Counted from the first letter of the whole stretch, positions 36,926 to 50,756 are shown. The stretch is DNA of 63,576 bases, filler included, from Octopus bimaculoides (GCF_001194135.2; 5 parts of 5 records of this genome joined end to end with filler, not necessarily neighbours in it), one strand, 5' to 3'. A program made the numbers and translations. Notes: generated from the sequence alone by a model not told the origin.

Positions 36926-37800
36926 GTTAGAAAGGGTTTTAATCAAAGAAATGTTAATTCTATTATTCTGTAAAATAATATTTAATTAGTTTAAATGTAC
37001 ACAAATGCATAAAAATAGTTTTTAATTCCATTAGACATTCTAAAATACTTTTAAATTTCATTCAATTTTCTAGCTCTGTTCTAGCACTGCTTTTCTATAT
37101 ATCCCTGGCAGGGATGTGAATTAATGCTATCTCTAGCAGTCGAGCATCAATTATTGACAAGACCAAGGAAGACTGAAATCATGTGACCTTGTGGTCTTGG
37201 AACCAGAGACGGCAGGGATTTAACTTCCCGCTAACAATATAAACAAGAGTGCATTTTTGCACCGAAAGTCAGAATGAGAGTTTCTCTCAGGTTATCTACT
37301 ACAGTATAGTTTGTTCTAACAGAACATCCACTTTTAAGTGGGAATGAATATTATCTCTACTTGTATCGGTTACCACACATGAGAGGGTAGGATGTTGGTG
37401 TGAGTTAGTAAGTCAATCGTCATTCAGTATAAACTTCATGAACAGATATTAATGAGTTAATACTCCTCTGAATGTGGGCTAACCTCTACCAACATCCTAC
37501 TCAAACATGTGTGGTTCTCAATACAAGGAACTGACATCATTGAATACACTACACTATAGCCTCCTGCAAAGATCACATGGGCCTAAGAATAAAGAAAATA
37601 TCTGCTGTAGCTTTCACACCATTAATACCATGTGACTTGAGCTGACCAATAGAGGTCAAACACCTAGAAGCCATCTTGAATTTTTCTCATAACTTTCACT
37701 CTGTTCTTGGTGCCTGATGAGATGAGTATGTCCAATGTGTCCATGAAGTTTTAAGTAATGTGGAACTTTGTTGAACTGATGTTAATATATGTAACCCCTT

Positions 37801-38015
37801 AAGGCAGGAAGCTGGCAGAATCATTAGTACACCAAGTAAAATGCTTTGCAGAATTTCATCCATCTTTACATTCTGAGTTCAAATTCTGCTGAGGTCAACT
37901 TTGCCTCTCATCTTTTCGGGGTTGATAAAATAAGTACCAATCAAGTACTGAGGTTGATGTAATTCGACTTACTCCCTTCCTTGAACTTTCTGGCCTGTGA
38001 CAAAATTTGAAACTA
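37801..38015 (+). mobile_element. SINE family B
   Basis: AAGGC..AGCTGGCAGAA head and GAGTTCAAATT B-box-like motif. Copies also at 41020-41235, 51440-51600, 53150-53430 (+) and 56340-56485 (-). Confidence 0.8.
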
Positions 38016-38139
38016 ATATATGTAACACCTACCAAATATGTTGAGTGTCACTTGCTTTCATTGTCCACTCATTCATATATGTATATTTATGTATGTGTAC
38101 GTATATATATATATATATGTATAAGTCTTATCTTTTAAC

Positions 38140-38520
38140 TTTTACTTGTTTCAGTCATTAGACTACAGCCATGCTGGGGCACTGTCTTGAAGAATTTTTA
38201 GTTAAATGAATCAATCCTGGTACTTATTTTGTAAGTCTGGTTATATACATTCTATTGGGCTCTTTTGCCAAACTGCTAAGTTATGGGGACATAAACACAC
38301 CAAAACCAGTTGTCAAGCAGTAGTGGTGGACAAACACAATGACACACACATATATACAATAGGCATATTTCAGTTTCTGTCTATGAAACCCACTCTCAAG
38401 GTTTTGATCAGCCTGAAGCTATAGAAGAAGACTCTTGCTCAAGGTGCCATACAATGGGGCTGAACCCAGAACCATGTGGTTGGGAAGCAAGCTTCTTGCC
38501 TCACAGTCATGCTTGCACCA
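38140..38520 (-). mobile_element. SINE family A
   Basis: Reverse complement of tail (TTTTACTTGTTTCAGTCATT) through head (ACCATGTGGTTGGGAAGCAAG). Confidence 0.8.
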
Positions 38521-39029
38521 TGTCTGTATGCATGTATTATATGTGTGTGTATAAATAAGCAATCTACTTAAACAAAAATACATAAGGAAACAAACAAACA
38601 TTTGTTTATTTTGACAAAAATTAAACTGAATAAAAGAAGACATTAATCAAAACTACTTATTCAGAAATAAGTTTAAGTTGCTTTTATTATTTATTTATCT
38701 ATTTGTTTATTCATTTATTTGTATATTTGTCATTGTTTCAATTGTGTTAATGCGAGTCAGTTGATGTGTACAATGAAATCTGAGAGGTTGCACGTGACGC
38801 AGAACATGTTTGTAACCGTTTCAAATATTGTAAATTGTTAATACATCCTCATCATTAATAGCAGCAGCTTCTTCTTCTTTGTCAGCATCATCATTGCTGT
38901 CATCATCATTTTATATACACTTCCTGCTATGCCAACATATGTATGTATATGTGTCTGTTCATCTACATATTTGTGTGTGTGTGTGTGTGTGCATATGTGT
39001 GTGTGTATGGGTGGGTGTTTCAATACCAG

Positions 39030-39460
39030 GCCTACCTGACTGGCTCCTGTGCCGGTGGCACATGTAAAGCACCCACTACACTCACAGAGTGGTTGGCGTT
39101 AGGAAGGGCATCCGGCTGTAGAAACATTGCCAGATCAGATTGGAGCCTGGTGCAGCCACTGGCTCTCCAGACCTCAGTCAAACCATCCAACCCATGCCAG
39201 CATGGAAAATGGACGTTAAATGACGATGATGATGATATATATATATCATCATCATCATCCTTTAATGCCCATTTTCCATGCTGGCATGGGTTGGATGGTT
39301 CGACAGGAGCTGGCCAACTGAAGAGTTGCTCAGGCTCCATTTTGTCTGTTTTGGGCATGGTTTTCAAGGTTGGATGTCCTTAATACCAACCACTCTACAG
39401 AGTGTACTGGGTGCTTCTCACACAACACTGGCACAAATGCTTTTACATGGCACCAGCACC
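39030..39460. mobile_element. two (GAT)n-tailed SINE/LINE-tail copies (family D) arranged tail-to-tail
   Basis: + copy ends CCATGCCAGCATGGAAAATGGACGTTAAATGACGATGATG; the - copy starts immediately after a (TA)n. Other copies at 40081-40375, 41410-41645, 42696-42935 (+) and 47785-48345 (-). Confidence 0.85.
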
Positions 39461-39471
39461 CACAAGCCCTT

Positions 39472-39509
<38 letters not shown>

Positions 39510-39739
39510 TTTTATCTTTCATCTTTTACTTGTTTCAGTCATTGGACTGTGGCCTTACTGGGGCACTGAGTTTAGTCAAAAAATTAACTCCAGTACTTTA
39601 TTTTGTAGGTCTAGTATTTATTCTCTCAGTCTCTAATGCCAAACTGCTAAGTTATGGGGATGTACACAAACCAACACTGGTTGTTGAGAGTGGTAGGGAC
39701 AAATACAACACGAACACACACACTCATACAAAGATATAT

Positions 39740-39798
<59 letters not shown>

Positions 39799-41807
39799 GG
39801 CTTTTTTCAGTTTCTGTCATACCCATGCCTACATGTGTGTGTATGTGTTTATACACCCACATACATACATACATACATATATATATATAAAGAAAAGAAG
39901 GGTAAAGATACCACTTGCTAAAAAATTAAAGCAAAAGCTTCAAAAAACCACCAATTCTACAATAAATACACACACAAGCAATGTAATGAATATTTTAAAA
40001 AGTAAGCCTGCCTTCAGGATAGAATCTCAAGCTAGTCTAATACATACCCCAATATCAATGTATATAGTGTTGGGTTTCACGGAGACAATGACCAAGACCT
40101 TTGGCATTAAGTCACGCTTGAGAGGAAGACCCATCAAGCCAAGTAAAATCACACTCAGAGCAGATACCGGTGCAAATAGCACCCTTGCCAGTGGTACGTA
40201 AAAGCACCCATTACATTCTCGAAGTGGTTGGCATTAGGAAGGGCATCCAGTCATAAAAAACCGTGCCAAATTAGACTGGATCCTGGCGCAGTCTTCCAGC
40301 ATGCCAGTCCAGTCCAGTCAAACCATCCAACCCATGCCAGCATGGACAACAGATGTTAAATGATGATGAAGATAATATATGTCGCTCATTATCATCATCA
40401 TCAAAACCCTAACCCTATCTAGTTATGTCCTGCTATTTTTGTTTTCCTGTCAACCTGTGTCAGATGATTTTATCCCAGCACACCTTCCCAGTTCATATAC
40501 AAATAGGAGGAATTGGTACTGAATGTATCCCATAATGCACACACACACACACGCACGCAATCCACCTATTTTCATATTCTTATATATATTTGGATTTTCA
40601 TTTCCTCTACGCCATTGATTGGGTATATTCTATCGTGACACCAACACCAGAAACACTGATCACACCATAATTATTGAGTCATTTCTACTTCATAACAGAT
40701 TCATGTTGCCATTCTCATAGATGTGCTGCTTTCATTAGACTTATAGAACCTGCACCTTCTCTCATTCATTCTTTCCTTTTTTAGAATGCTTATTGATGGT
40801 TTCTCCAGCAATACAATTTTTTCCTGTTGCCAACCAATTTACTGTACAAACTTCTCCTGAGTATCTTGTTGTTAGTATTGAGTCATATCTAAATAGTTAA
40901 TCTGTGGTGGATGATTTAGTTTCTTCCTCTTGATGAGTCTACCAGCATGTGGCTCTGAACTACGGGTTTCCAGCTGACCAAGCCTGTCACTCAGTTTACC
41001 ATCATTACAAGACTTAGGGAAGGCGGCGAGCTGGCAGAAACGTTAGCACGCCAAGCAAAATGCATAGCAGTATTTCATCTGTCTACGTTCTGAGTTCAAA
41101 TTCTGCCGAGGTCAGCTTTACCTTTTATCCTTTTGGGATTGATAAATTAAGCACCAGTTGCATACTGGGGTCGATTTAATCGACAGGTTCCCTCCCCAAA
41201 AATTTTGGGCCTTGTGCCTAGAGTAGAAAAAGATTACAAGACTTAGGGAAGGAAGCAGAGGGGGCTCATTGTTCAAGCCACTGATGGCCTATGTGTGATT
41301 TTATTTAGGGTGGATCATATGTTGTAATCATAAGACTTTCCAACCACATGGTTTCGGGTTCAGTCCCACTGCATGGCACATTGGGCAAATGTCTTCTACT
41401 AAAGCCTTGTGCAGTGCCACATAAAAGCGCCTGTGCCACAACATGTAGAAACACCTATGATTCGATATATAAAATCACCCAGCACACTCTGTAAAGTGGT
41501 TGGAAAAAGAGCATGCGCATCTGTAGAAACCATGCCAAATTAGACTGGAGTCTGGTGCAGCCCCCACCCCCAGCTTGCCAGGTCTAGTCACACTGTCCAA
41601 CCCATGCCAGCATGGATAATGGCTGTTACATGAGGATGATGATGATATATATATACAGTAGTCCTCCAGTATTCGCAGTGGTTACGTTCCTAGTAAACCA
41701 CAAATAACGAAAATCTGCGAACTTAGGACATGGTCCATGAAAATGCCTATAAATATCAAAATATGACGTTATCTATACACACACACATACACACACACAC
41801 ACACATA

Positions 41808-42695
41808 CAGGGTGCATAAGATATTTGAGGACAGATTTTTGTTTATAAAAAAAACCCAGATATTTAATAACAGATAATGACTTTATTTGTCAGAAAATGC
41901 AATGAGGATAAAAATAAACCTTCTTTTCTATAATGTAATTCAATAAAACCACCTTCAGCTTCAACAACTTCTATATGAGATCTAAATCATCTACATGCTT
42001 GAATCAAGTGACCCTGGTTCATTTTGGACATTACTCTGGCCATGGCAGCTTCCAAAGAATCTTTGGTGTTATGGGTGTGTTCATTGACCTTTCTCTCAAC
42101 AACGCTCCACATATAATAGTCCAATGGATTGTGATCTGGGGAATTAGGAGTTAGGAGTTATGTGATCATGAACATTTTCAGNNNNNNNNNNGGCATCACA
42201 TTTCCTTCATTGCTGACAACCCCTAAAACCATGACAGTTACAGGAAATTTTGTATGCATAACACTTGGAACTTCAGAAGGGTCTGCACATAACCATCTGT
42301 CATTTCTTCTGTTAACTTTTTAATCTTGGTCAAAGTTTTTCTCATTTAAGAAAAACCAAATCAAATCTTCTTCTGCTGGATTTTTCAGTTTAAGAGCCTT
42401 TTAGATCTGACAAATTGACCTTTCCTCATCATATAAGACTTTGTGATGTCTTTGTGGACAACATTTCTGACTGTCCCTTCTGACACATGGAGATCTTTTA
42501 CAATTAACCTCATGGACTTTCTGGGATTGTAATCAATGGTCTGTTGAATTTGTTGGATAAATTCAGGTGTTCTGATGATTTCGGAGCATTTAGAATGCTT
42601 TTTATGCTTTGATACTGGTGATACATCTCCATCTTCAGTCTCTGGCTCCTTACAAACTTTGTGGACGAAAGACCTGGCAACTTTTAGAAATATGG
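41808..42695 (-). mobile_element. DD37D/maT-family transposon remnant
   Basis: CAGGGTG end at 41808; PNSPDHNPLDYYMWSVVERKVN.H.HNTKDSL; FLKVARSFVHKV..RTPEFIQQI...SMRLIVKDLHVSEGTVR. Confidence 0.82.
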
Positions 42696-42999
42696 CATGT
42701 AAAAAGCACCAACCGATCTTGGCCATCGCCAGCCTCCCCTGGCCCCTGTGCCAGTGACGAGTAAAAAGCACCCACTACACTCACGGAGTGGTTGGCGTTA
42801 GAAAGGACATCCAGCTGTAGAAACTCTGCCAGATCAGATTGGAGCCTGGTGCAGCCTCCTGGCTTCTCAGACTCCGGTCGAACCGCCCAACTTATGCTAG
42901 CATGGAAAACGGACGTTAAACGATGATAATGATTGATTGATTTAAGATGATGATGAAAATAATGAAGGTAATAACTGCACAGCAAAGAAGGCTTAAAGC

Positions 43000-44412
43000 T
43001 CTTCAGGTGATGCCTGTTCTTCAGGTGTTTTTAGGGGATGTTGTATCTTCATGCAAGGCCTTCATAGTGGGCTTGAGGAACATTGTGATATGAAGTTGCT
43101 GTTGTTGTTTCTTCATGGTGGCGAGGAAAATTTTATGGCAGCATCGATGGTATTTTTCAATTGGTGAGACCGAACCATATAGGGATCCCATGCTTCTGCC
43201 TTCCCTTGCAATTCCTTTGCTGTTCTTAAAAGGTCAGACAGACGTTAGATTGCCAGGCCCACCTCATCCTCTTCCTCTGGATCTAGCACTTCATCCTCTT
43301 CACTAACTTCATTAACTCCAACAATTCTTCATCTGTCAGGGTTTCAGGGTGGGCATCAATGAGGTCATTGACCTCATCTTGCATGATATTGTCAAAACCT
43401 TGGCCACTAAGTACCTTTGCCAGTTTCATTGCATTGTTGACAGCATCATGCTGAATATCTTCAGGTGAGAAGCTCTCGTAGTCCTAGATACACTCTGGCC
43501 ATATCTTTTTCCAGCGTGTGATGAGGGTTTCGTTTTACATACCTTTAAGAGCAGCGTGGATGACTGACAGGCATGTGTTGCTTTCATGAAGTTATGCCAG
43601 TACTCCTTTAACTTAAAATTCTCATCCGAATCCATTGTGTCCACAAAGTGTTGGAGAGTTCTGAGTGTAAAGTGCCTTGAAGGCACTCCCTCATCCATAG
43701 GCTGGATGAGGGAGGTGGTATTGGCAGGGAGGAACTCGACTTGGACACCTTCATGATTCAAATCCAGAGCGACCACCAGCATTATCCATAACAAGCAACA
43801 CCTTGAATTCCACGAATACATTTTGGAGGTATTCCTTGGCTTGAGGGGTGAAGCATTGGTGAAACCAATTCAAAGTTAGACTTTTGATAATCCAAGCCTT
43901 GGAGTTGTGTATCCTGTGGACAGGCCACAGATTTTTATTCTTATTTTTTAAGGCCCTTGGGTTTGCGGGTTTATAGGTAAACCCTGGTTTACCAATGATC
44001 TTGGTTGCAGTTCTTCAGTGCCTTCTGCTCTGTCAAACTGCTGGTATAATTTCAATACTTTCTCGCAAATCATGTTACCGTTCAAGAGGATGTTTTTCTC
44101 CTTACAGTTACTGATCCACAATGCCAAGGCAGATTCCATTCTGACGAAGGGCTTATTTCTCACTATCGTTATCTTTTTGGCATTTTCACAGAAACTTACT
44201 GCTGTGGTAGTCCTGATCCCCACCTTGTTCTTCTTGATGTAGCGTATGGTGCTTTCATTGACAACAGAATAGCAACCTACTGCAGCATAACTTTTACCTT
44301 CCCAGAACATATCCAGCAGTTGTAACTTCTCATAGACTGTCATAACCTTTTTCTGGTGCTTAGGTTCACTGCCAGAAGCCTTAGAAGGTGTAGGGCATTT
44401 GGGCAGCATCAT
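43000..44412 (-). pseudogene. Tigger/pogo (CENP-B-type) transposase pseudogene
   Basis: VMTVYEKLQLLDM..VNESTIRYIKKN; RMESALALWI; NSKAWI..WFHQCF..KVLLVMDNAGG; VEFLPANTTSLIQPMDEG; KQQQQLHITMFL. Confidence 0.93.
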
Positions 44413-44851
44413 AAGGTTTTAATAACATGCTGTAAAAAAACACAGCACTCAACAAAATACTCGAGATAGCTACTGGACGCAGTTTTTCCCCCAAAAATCT
44501 ACAAAATCTTCCTTTCATCTGATATGCACAGACCACCAATGGGAGATTGAGCAGAGATTAAAAATAATCAGTTTTGAAAAATTTAGTTTGTATTACCACT
44601 AGATACAGTAATCTATACCATAATGATAATGAGAGAGTGAGAGAGAGAGAGCAGCAAGTAACCTAATTTCAATGAGGCTATATTGGCTCACGACCTTAGA
44701 AATTATCCTGTTGAAATAAACAATGTGTATGATCAAATGTAGCGATGATTTTAAAAAAAGTGCTGGAATAAAATTAATGTTCAGTCTCGTGTGGTATGTA
44801 TATTTGATCTGTCATCGCTACTCCAAGTAATACTGGTGCGATACTCTGGAG

Positions 44852-44942
<91 letters not shown>

Positions 44943-46311
44943 AATCCAAGAAAGTTAGGGGTTGTGAATCCAACCCACTATATATATTATATTAAATATT
45001 ATCCCCAGAATGTCGCATAGGTGTTAATTAGATTTGTAACACCCTATCTCTCATATGTTTTATACTTAAATTATATACCCTTATATATCTCTTTAACTCT
45101 TTATTCCGATATGCACATATATGTATATGGTATAAGTATATGCATGTGTGTATATTTGTATGTATATATACATATGAATATTTATATCCACATATAAACT
45201 TTCCGATAATTTGTTTAGTCTTTGTGTTATTTATATACACTCCATTTATATATAGGTATGTGAGTATGTACGTGTGTGTGTGTGCATATATGTGTACGTA
45301 TATATATATGAATGTATATGCATGTATGTGTATATGTATATATATATATATTCATGCCTAACTCATTTGACCGGTTAATGGTTGTCCAACCGTAGCTAAG
45401 TCAAGACATTTTAAAGCAATAGATGACCAACTAGATGAGGGGACTGAACAGCAAAAATAACCCTCCCCACTACCAGCAGGATTCCAACTACTCCATAAAC
45501 AAAACAATAACGGAGTAGCGCATCACAGGTTTATAGAAGTTTGGATATTATTGTTAGAATTCTTACGAACTAATTGCATAAATTCCTGCATTCCAAACGC
45601 AACTAATGCGTATGCACCGCATAGGTTTCTGATGTAAAAATATATATATATAGGTCTGGATATTTTTGTTGGAATTATAACGATACGAACTAATGCACCA
45701 GTCCTCCATTCCAAACGCAACTAATGCGTATGTACCCATGAACATGTCTGTACGGAAATGATTATGTATACATATGTGTATGTATGTATGTGTGGGTGTA
45801 TATATATATATATGTGTGTCCTCCTCATGTATAATAACAATAATAGTTGATTCATTTGTGTGCATGTATGGACATTTGTGTATGTACATTAAAATGTACA
45901 TATATGTATTCATGTTTATTTATGTATATCTATGTATATGTAAAAGTATGCATTTATATGTGAGTTTTTACGATTTTTATATTTTTATATTTGGATATTT
46001 TAAATTAACCTTATGAACTTTATAAAAGCTCTGAAGAGACCTAGAGAATCATCCATCTACCTCTATTTCATCTATTTCATTTATTAATTACTTCAGTCTA
46101 CTGGAGTGATATAGACTGAAACAGCTGTAAGTCATTATTCCTTTTTCTGTCACTATATGTCCTTTTTTAATTACTGATATGACATAATATGTCACATGTG
46201 TTTGTATATTGCTATTATTGTCCTTTTAGTAAACAAATAAACCAGTAAATTGACACAAGACAATGTCTGCAAGTTGATGAATACCACCTATTCCCCTCCA
46301 TTTTCTTATTG

Positions 46312-46362
<51 letters not shown>

Positions 46363-47372
46363 CTTTCACTACAATGAGAGGTTGTTGTTGATGAGAGACA
46401 AATACAGCGAGAGAGGGTGAGAGTGTGTATGCTTGAAATTTCACTAAACTAATTAGCAGGCATTGATTGAAAGCAAGAACAAGAGATCCAAGATACAGTG
46501 TAGTTGTATCTAAAACAATTAAGCGACGTGATGAGCAGCTATTCTAATCAGAGGGAGCTTCAACTGCGAAGGGGCGTCCAGTGAACCGGCAAATACGGTT
46601 TATTGTTATTAATAATTTAGCCTCAAAAAGTGTGAAAAAATACATATTGCCACGAATAAGGCCATAAAAAATCATGGACGATATTTACAATTCTGTGAAT
46701 ATGTGATGATTTCCACAAACAATTATTAGTTCCATGAATAATAGGGACCGTAAATAACCGGGGGCACACTATATACACATACATACATGCTGAGAGAGAG
46801 ATACTCGTAGAAATGTATGTATCTTAAGATGTCAAACTCATACATACATGTGTCCAATACATGGACATCATCATCATCATCAATCCGGGGACATTACTGT
46901 TTCGGGTTCTAGGGCTCATAGGGATCAGTTACCCCGCTGCCATGATGTACAAGTGACTAAGAGCACAACATTCCCTCTGAATGAGATGCCAGTGTGTGTG
47001 TGTGTGCGTGTCTTTATGTCTGTGTTTATCTCCATCACTGCTTGACAACTGACGTTGGTGTGTTTATGTCCCCATAACCTAGCGATTCAGCAAAAGAGAT
47101 TGATAGAATAAGTATTAGGCTTGCAAAGAATAAGTCCTGGGGTAGATTTCTTTGACTAAAATCTTTTAAGCTGGTGCTCCAGCATGGCCACAATCAAAGG
47201 ACTAAAGCAAATAAAAGAATACATAGACTCCCATCCACCCATGCCCACAATGTGGTCTTCCGTTGTTGGCAGGATCAACAAAAGATGTACTTCATCCTGT
47301 GTTGACAGAGCAAATGATATATAGTTAAGATCTCACTTGTATGTTTTGTTGTGCATATGTGTATTAATATAC

Positions 47373-47430
<58 letters not shown>

Positions 47431-47607
47431 GATAATGCTGGGATGTGTGTCACCAATTGCAACTGAGGTCTCTGGTATGTTTTAGATAAGAGGTCAATTA
47501 CCTTGGTTACTTAGCAACCAAGTGTCATAACTGCATATCAAGGACAGGTGAGTTAATATTAGCAGCTAGCTAGCTAGACAGATAGAAAGATAGATAGATA
47601 GACAGAT

Positions 47608-47666
<59 letters not shown>

Positions 47667-47716
47667 CCTATAAACAGACAGACAGATAGATAGATAGATA
47701 TATACATATATACAGA

Positions 47717-47787
<71 letters not shown>

Positions 47788-48839
47788 TCATCATCATCAT
47801 TTAACGTCTGCTTTCCATGCTGGTATGGGTTGAACAGTTTGACTGAGGACTGGTGAAGCCAGAAGGCTGCACCAGGCTCAATCTGATCTGGCAGAGTTTC
47901 TACAGATGGATCCCTTTCCTAATGCCAACCACTCTGAGAGTATAGTGGGTGATTTTACATGCCACTGGCATGAGAGCCAGTCTGGCAGCACTGGCAACGA
48001 CCAGGCTCAAAAGGTGGTTTTTACGTGCTCCCTGCTTGGGAGCCAGTCTGGCAGCACTGGCAACAACCATGCTTGATTGTTGTTTTTCATGTCACCGGCA
48101 CATGTGCCAGTAAGGTGACACTGGCAATGACCACGCTTGAATGGTGTTTTTTACATGCCACCAGCATGGGAGCCAATTGATGACCCTTGCAATAATCATG
48201 CTCGGAGTGCCAACCAGGTGGTTCTGTCATTAGCCACATCAGCAATTTTGATTTGTTTTCACTTGCCTCAATAGGTCTTCGCAAGCAAAGTTTGTTGTTC
48301 AATGAATGAGGGGTAGTCATAAGTGGGCTGGTTACACCCAGACAGATATACATGTGTGTGTGTGTGTGTGTGTGTGTACTAGTGTCTTTTATTGTTTTAC
48401 ATGTTTCAGTTATTAGACTGCAGCCATGCCGGGGGCACTGCCTTGAAGGATTTTTGCTGAATGAATGTCCCCAGGACTTTTGTTTTCTTCAAAACCTGGT
48501 ACTATTGCTAAGTTACAGGAATATAAACACACCAACACTGGTTGTCAACAGGTGATGGGGGACAGNNNNNNNNNNNNNNNNNNNNNNNNNNNNNNNNNNN
48601 NNNNNNNNNNNNNNNNNNNNNNNNNNNNNNNNNNNNNNNNNNNNNNNNNNNNNNNNNNNNNNNNNNNNNNNNNNNNNNNNNNNNNNNNNNNNNNNNNNNN
48701 NNNNNNNNNNNNNNNNNNNNNNNNNNNNNNNNNNNNNNNNNNNNNNNNNNNNNNNNNNNNNNNNNNNNNNNNNNNNNNNNNNNNNNNNNNNNNNNNNNNN
48801 NNNNNNNNNNNNNNNNNNNNNNNNNNNNNNNNNNNNNNN

Positions 48840-49310
48840 ACCCTCCTTCAAATGCACCCAATGACCTACGTGACCTGCTGGTTCGTAACTCCCTCCCTTC
48901 CTCCACCCCTACCTAACCTGGGTCCTTCCCTTGCTCCAGACCTCAATGCCACACCTGTCTGTTCATCATCAACACCACCTCCCTCACTGGATCTAACCAG
49001 CAGACCCTCTACATCTGGTACCCCTTCACCTGCACTTCATCCAATCTTATATACAGCATCCGATGCAATCTATGCAACCATCTTTATGTCGGTCAGACTG
49101 CTTCACGGAACCCCTATGTAGAAACACCCCCATCGCCTGTCGATTTTGCTCAGCTGGCCATTCCACCTCACACTTCACTGTTTATGGCCTTGCCCTACAC
49201 CAACGTTCCACCAACACCAGACTTTGCCTTGAACAGCATGACATTTTTACCCTTTGAACTCAAACTTCTTTCAGGCTCAACTCAACCCCCTCCTTCCAGT
49301 GACATCCTCC
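48840..49310 (+). pseudogene. Penelope-like GIY-YIG endonuclease remnant
   Basis: DLRDLLVRNSL..GSFPCSRPQCHTC..FTCTSSNLIYSIRCNLCNHLYVGQT...GHS....VYGL..R..LEQ..IFTL. Confidence 0.9.
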
Positions 49311-49479
49311 ACATGCCTTTTTAGAAAACATTTTTTGTAAATTTTATTTTTTATTTATTTTTGTTTCATTTTTAATTTCTATTTTCAAGATTTATTCTTC
49401 AGTTTCTATCCATCTCACATACACCAACACACAGAGCATGACACCCACCACCACCACCTTTAAAATAATATAGAGACAC

Positions 49480-50427
49480 ATACCACATGCACATACATGT
49501 TGACTTATCCCAACATGTACAAATGGAACCTTCAATTCACGCACACAAGCAATACCCACACATATGCACCAACAGACATACACACATGCCATCACACACA
49601 CTCATACACATACACACATACAGCGACACACATACACAGATCCTTCTCACACACACTCATATGCACATATACACACACACACACACTCATACATACACAC
49701 ACACTCATAAGAAGGCATACATACTCATATATACACACTCAATTGCGCCATCACACACGTTTATACACATACACAGCCACACTCACACACATAGAAGCCC
49801 ACACACTCATACACACATATACATACACACACTCACACATAAACACTCATTCATATGCACATATATATATATACTCCCATACACACTCGCACACATATGC
49901 ACACACAAACACATACATACAAATAACAGCATCAACCTACTCACACATTTGTCATCTAGCCCCTCACACCCCATTACACACCACACACATGCTCACACAC
50001 ACACACATGCTTGTGTGCACACACACATAAACCCACATGTATGGCTACACCAACACACCCACACATGCTACACCTCTCTCACGCATGCATGCACACACAT
50101 ACACACACACGTGCACACACATCCATGCATACACACATACGTGCGCACACACATGCGCACACATACATACACACACACACACACACACACGTGCGCACAC
50201 ATACATGCATACACACACACATACACACAGATGCACGAATACCTCAACGCACAACACACACACATACACACATGTACATATACTTCCACACACATGACCC
50301 CACAAACACTCATATGCACATACATACACACATACCCAAACACACACACATATAGACACACACACACACGTACCCATATGCACATACTCACACATACACA
50401 TTTCCACTCCATCATACGCATACATAC

Positions 50428-50506
<79 letters not shown>

Positions 50507-50610
50507 CCACTCACACACTTTTCACCTCTTTTTGACTGTCGTCACTGCCCTTCTTGGTGAGTGACACAAACACACACGCACAAGGATACTACCACACACA
50601 CACACACACA
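49480..50610 (+). repeat. degenerate (CA)n-derived cryptic simple sequence
   Basis: Direct reading. Source of the His/Thr- and Cys/Val-rich ORFs. Confidence 0.9.
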
Positions 50611-50653
50611 CATACTGACCATCTTCGCACTCTCCGGTCCCAAAACAGTTCTA

Positions 50654-50756
50654 GGTAAATTCTACCGTGGTAAATTTCACCACAGAAAATTCCACCAGGC
50701 AAATTCCACCACGGTATATTTCACCATGGTAAATTCCACCTGCTAATAATCACCGT
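50654..50756. repeat. 15-bp minisatellite (GGTAAATTCCACCRY), about 7 degenerate copies
   Basis: Direct reading. Confidence 0.85.

Larger units (their letters stand above)
41656..44851 (-). mobile_element. Tigger/pogo transposon, internally deleted, with nested insertions
   Basis: End CAGTAGTCCTCCAGTATTCGC at 41656, with a weak match near 44835-44851. Transposase pieces lie between 43000 and 44412. Right boundary uncertain. Confidence 0.6.
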
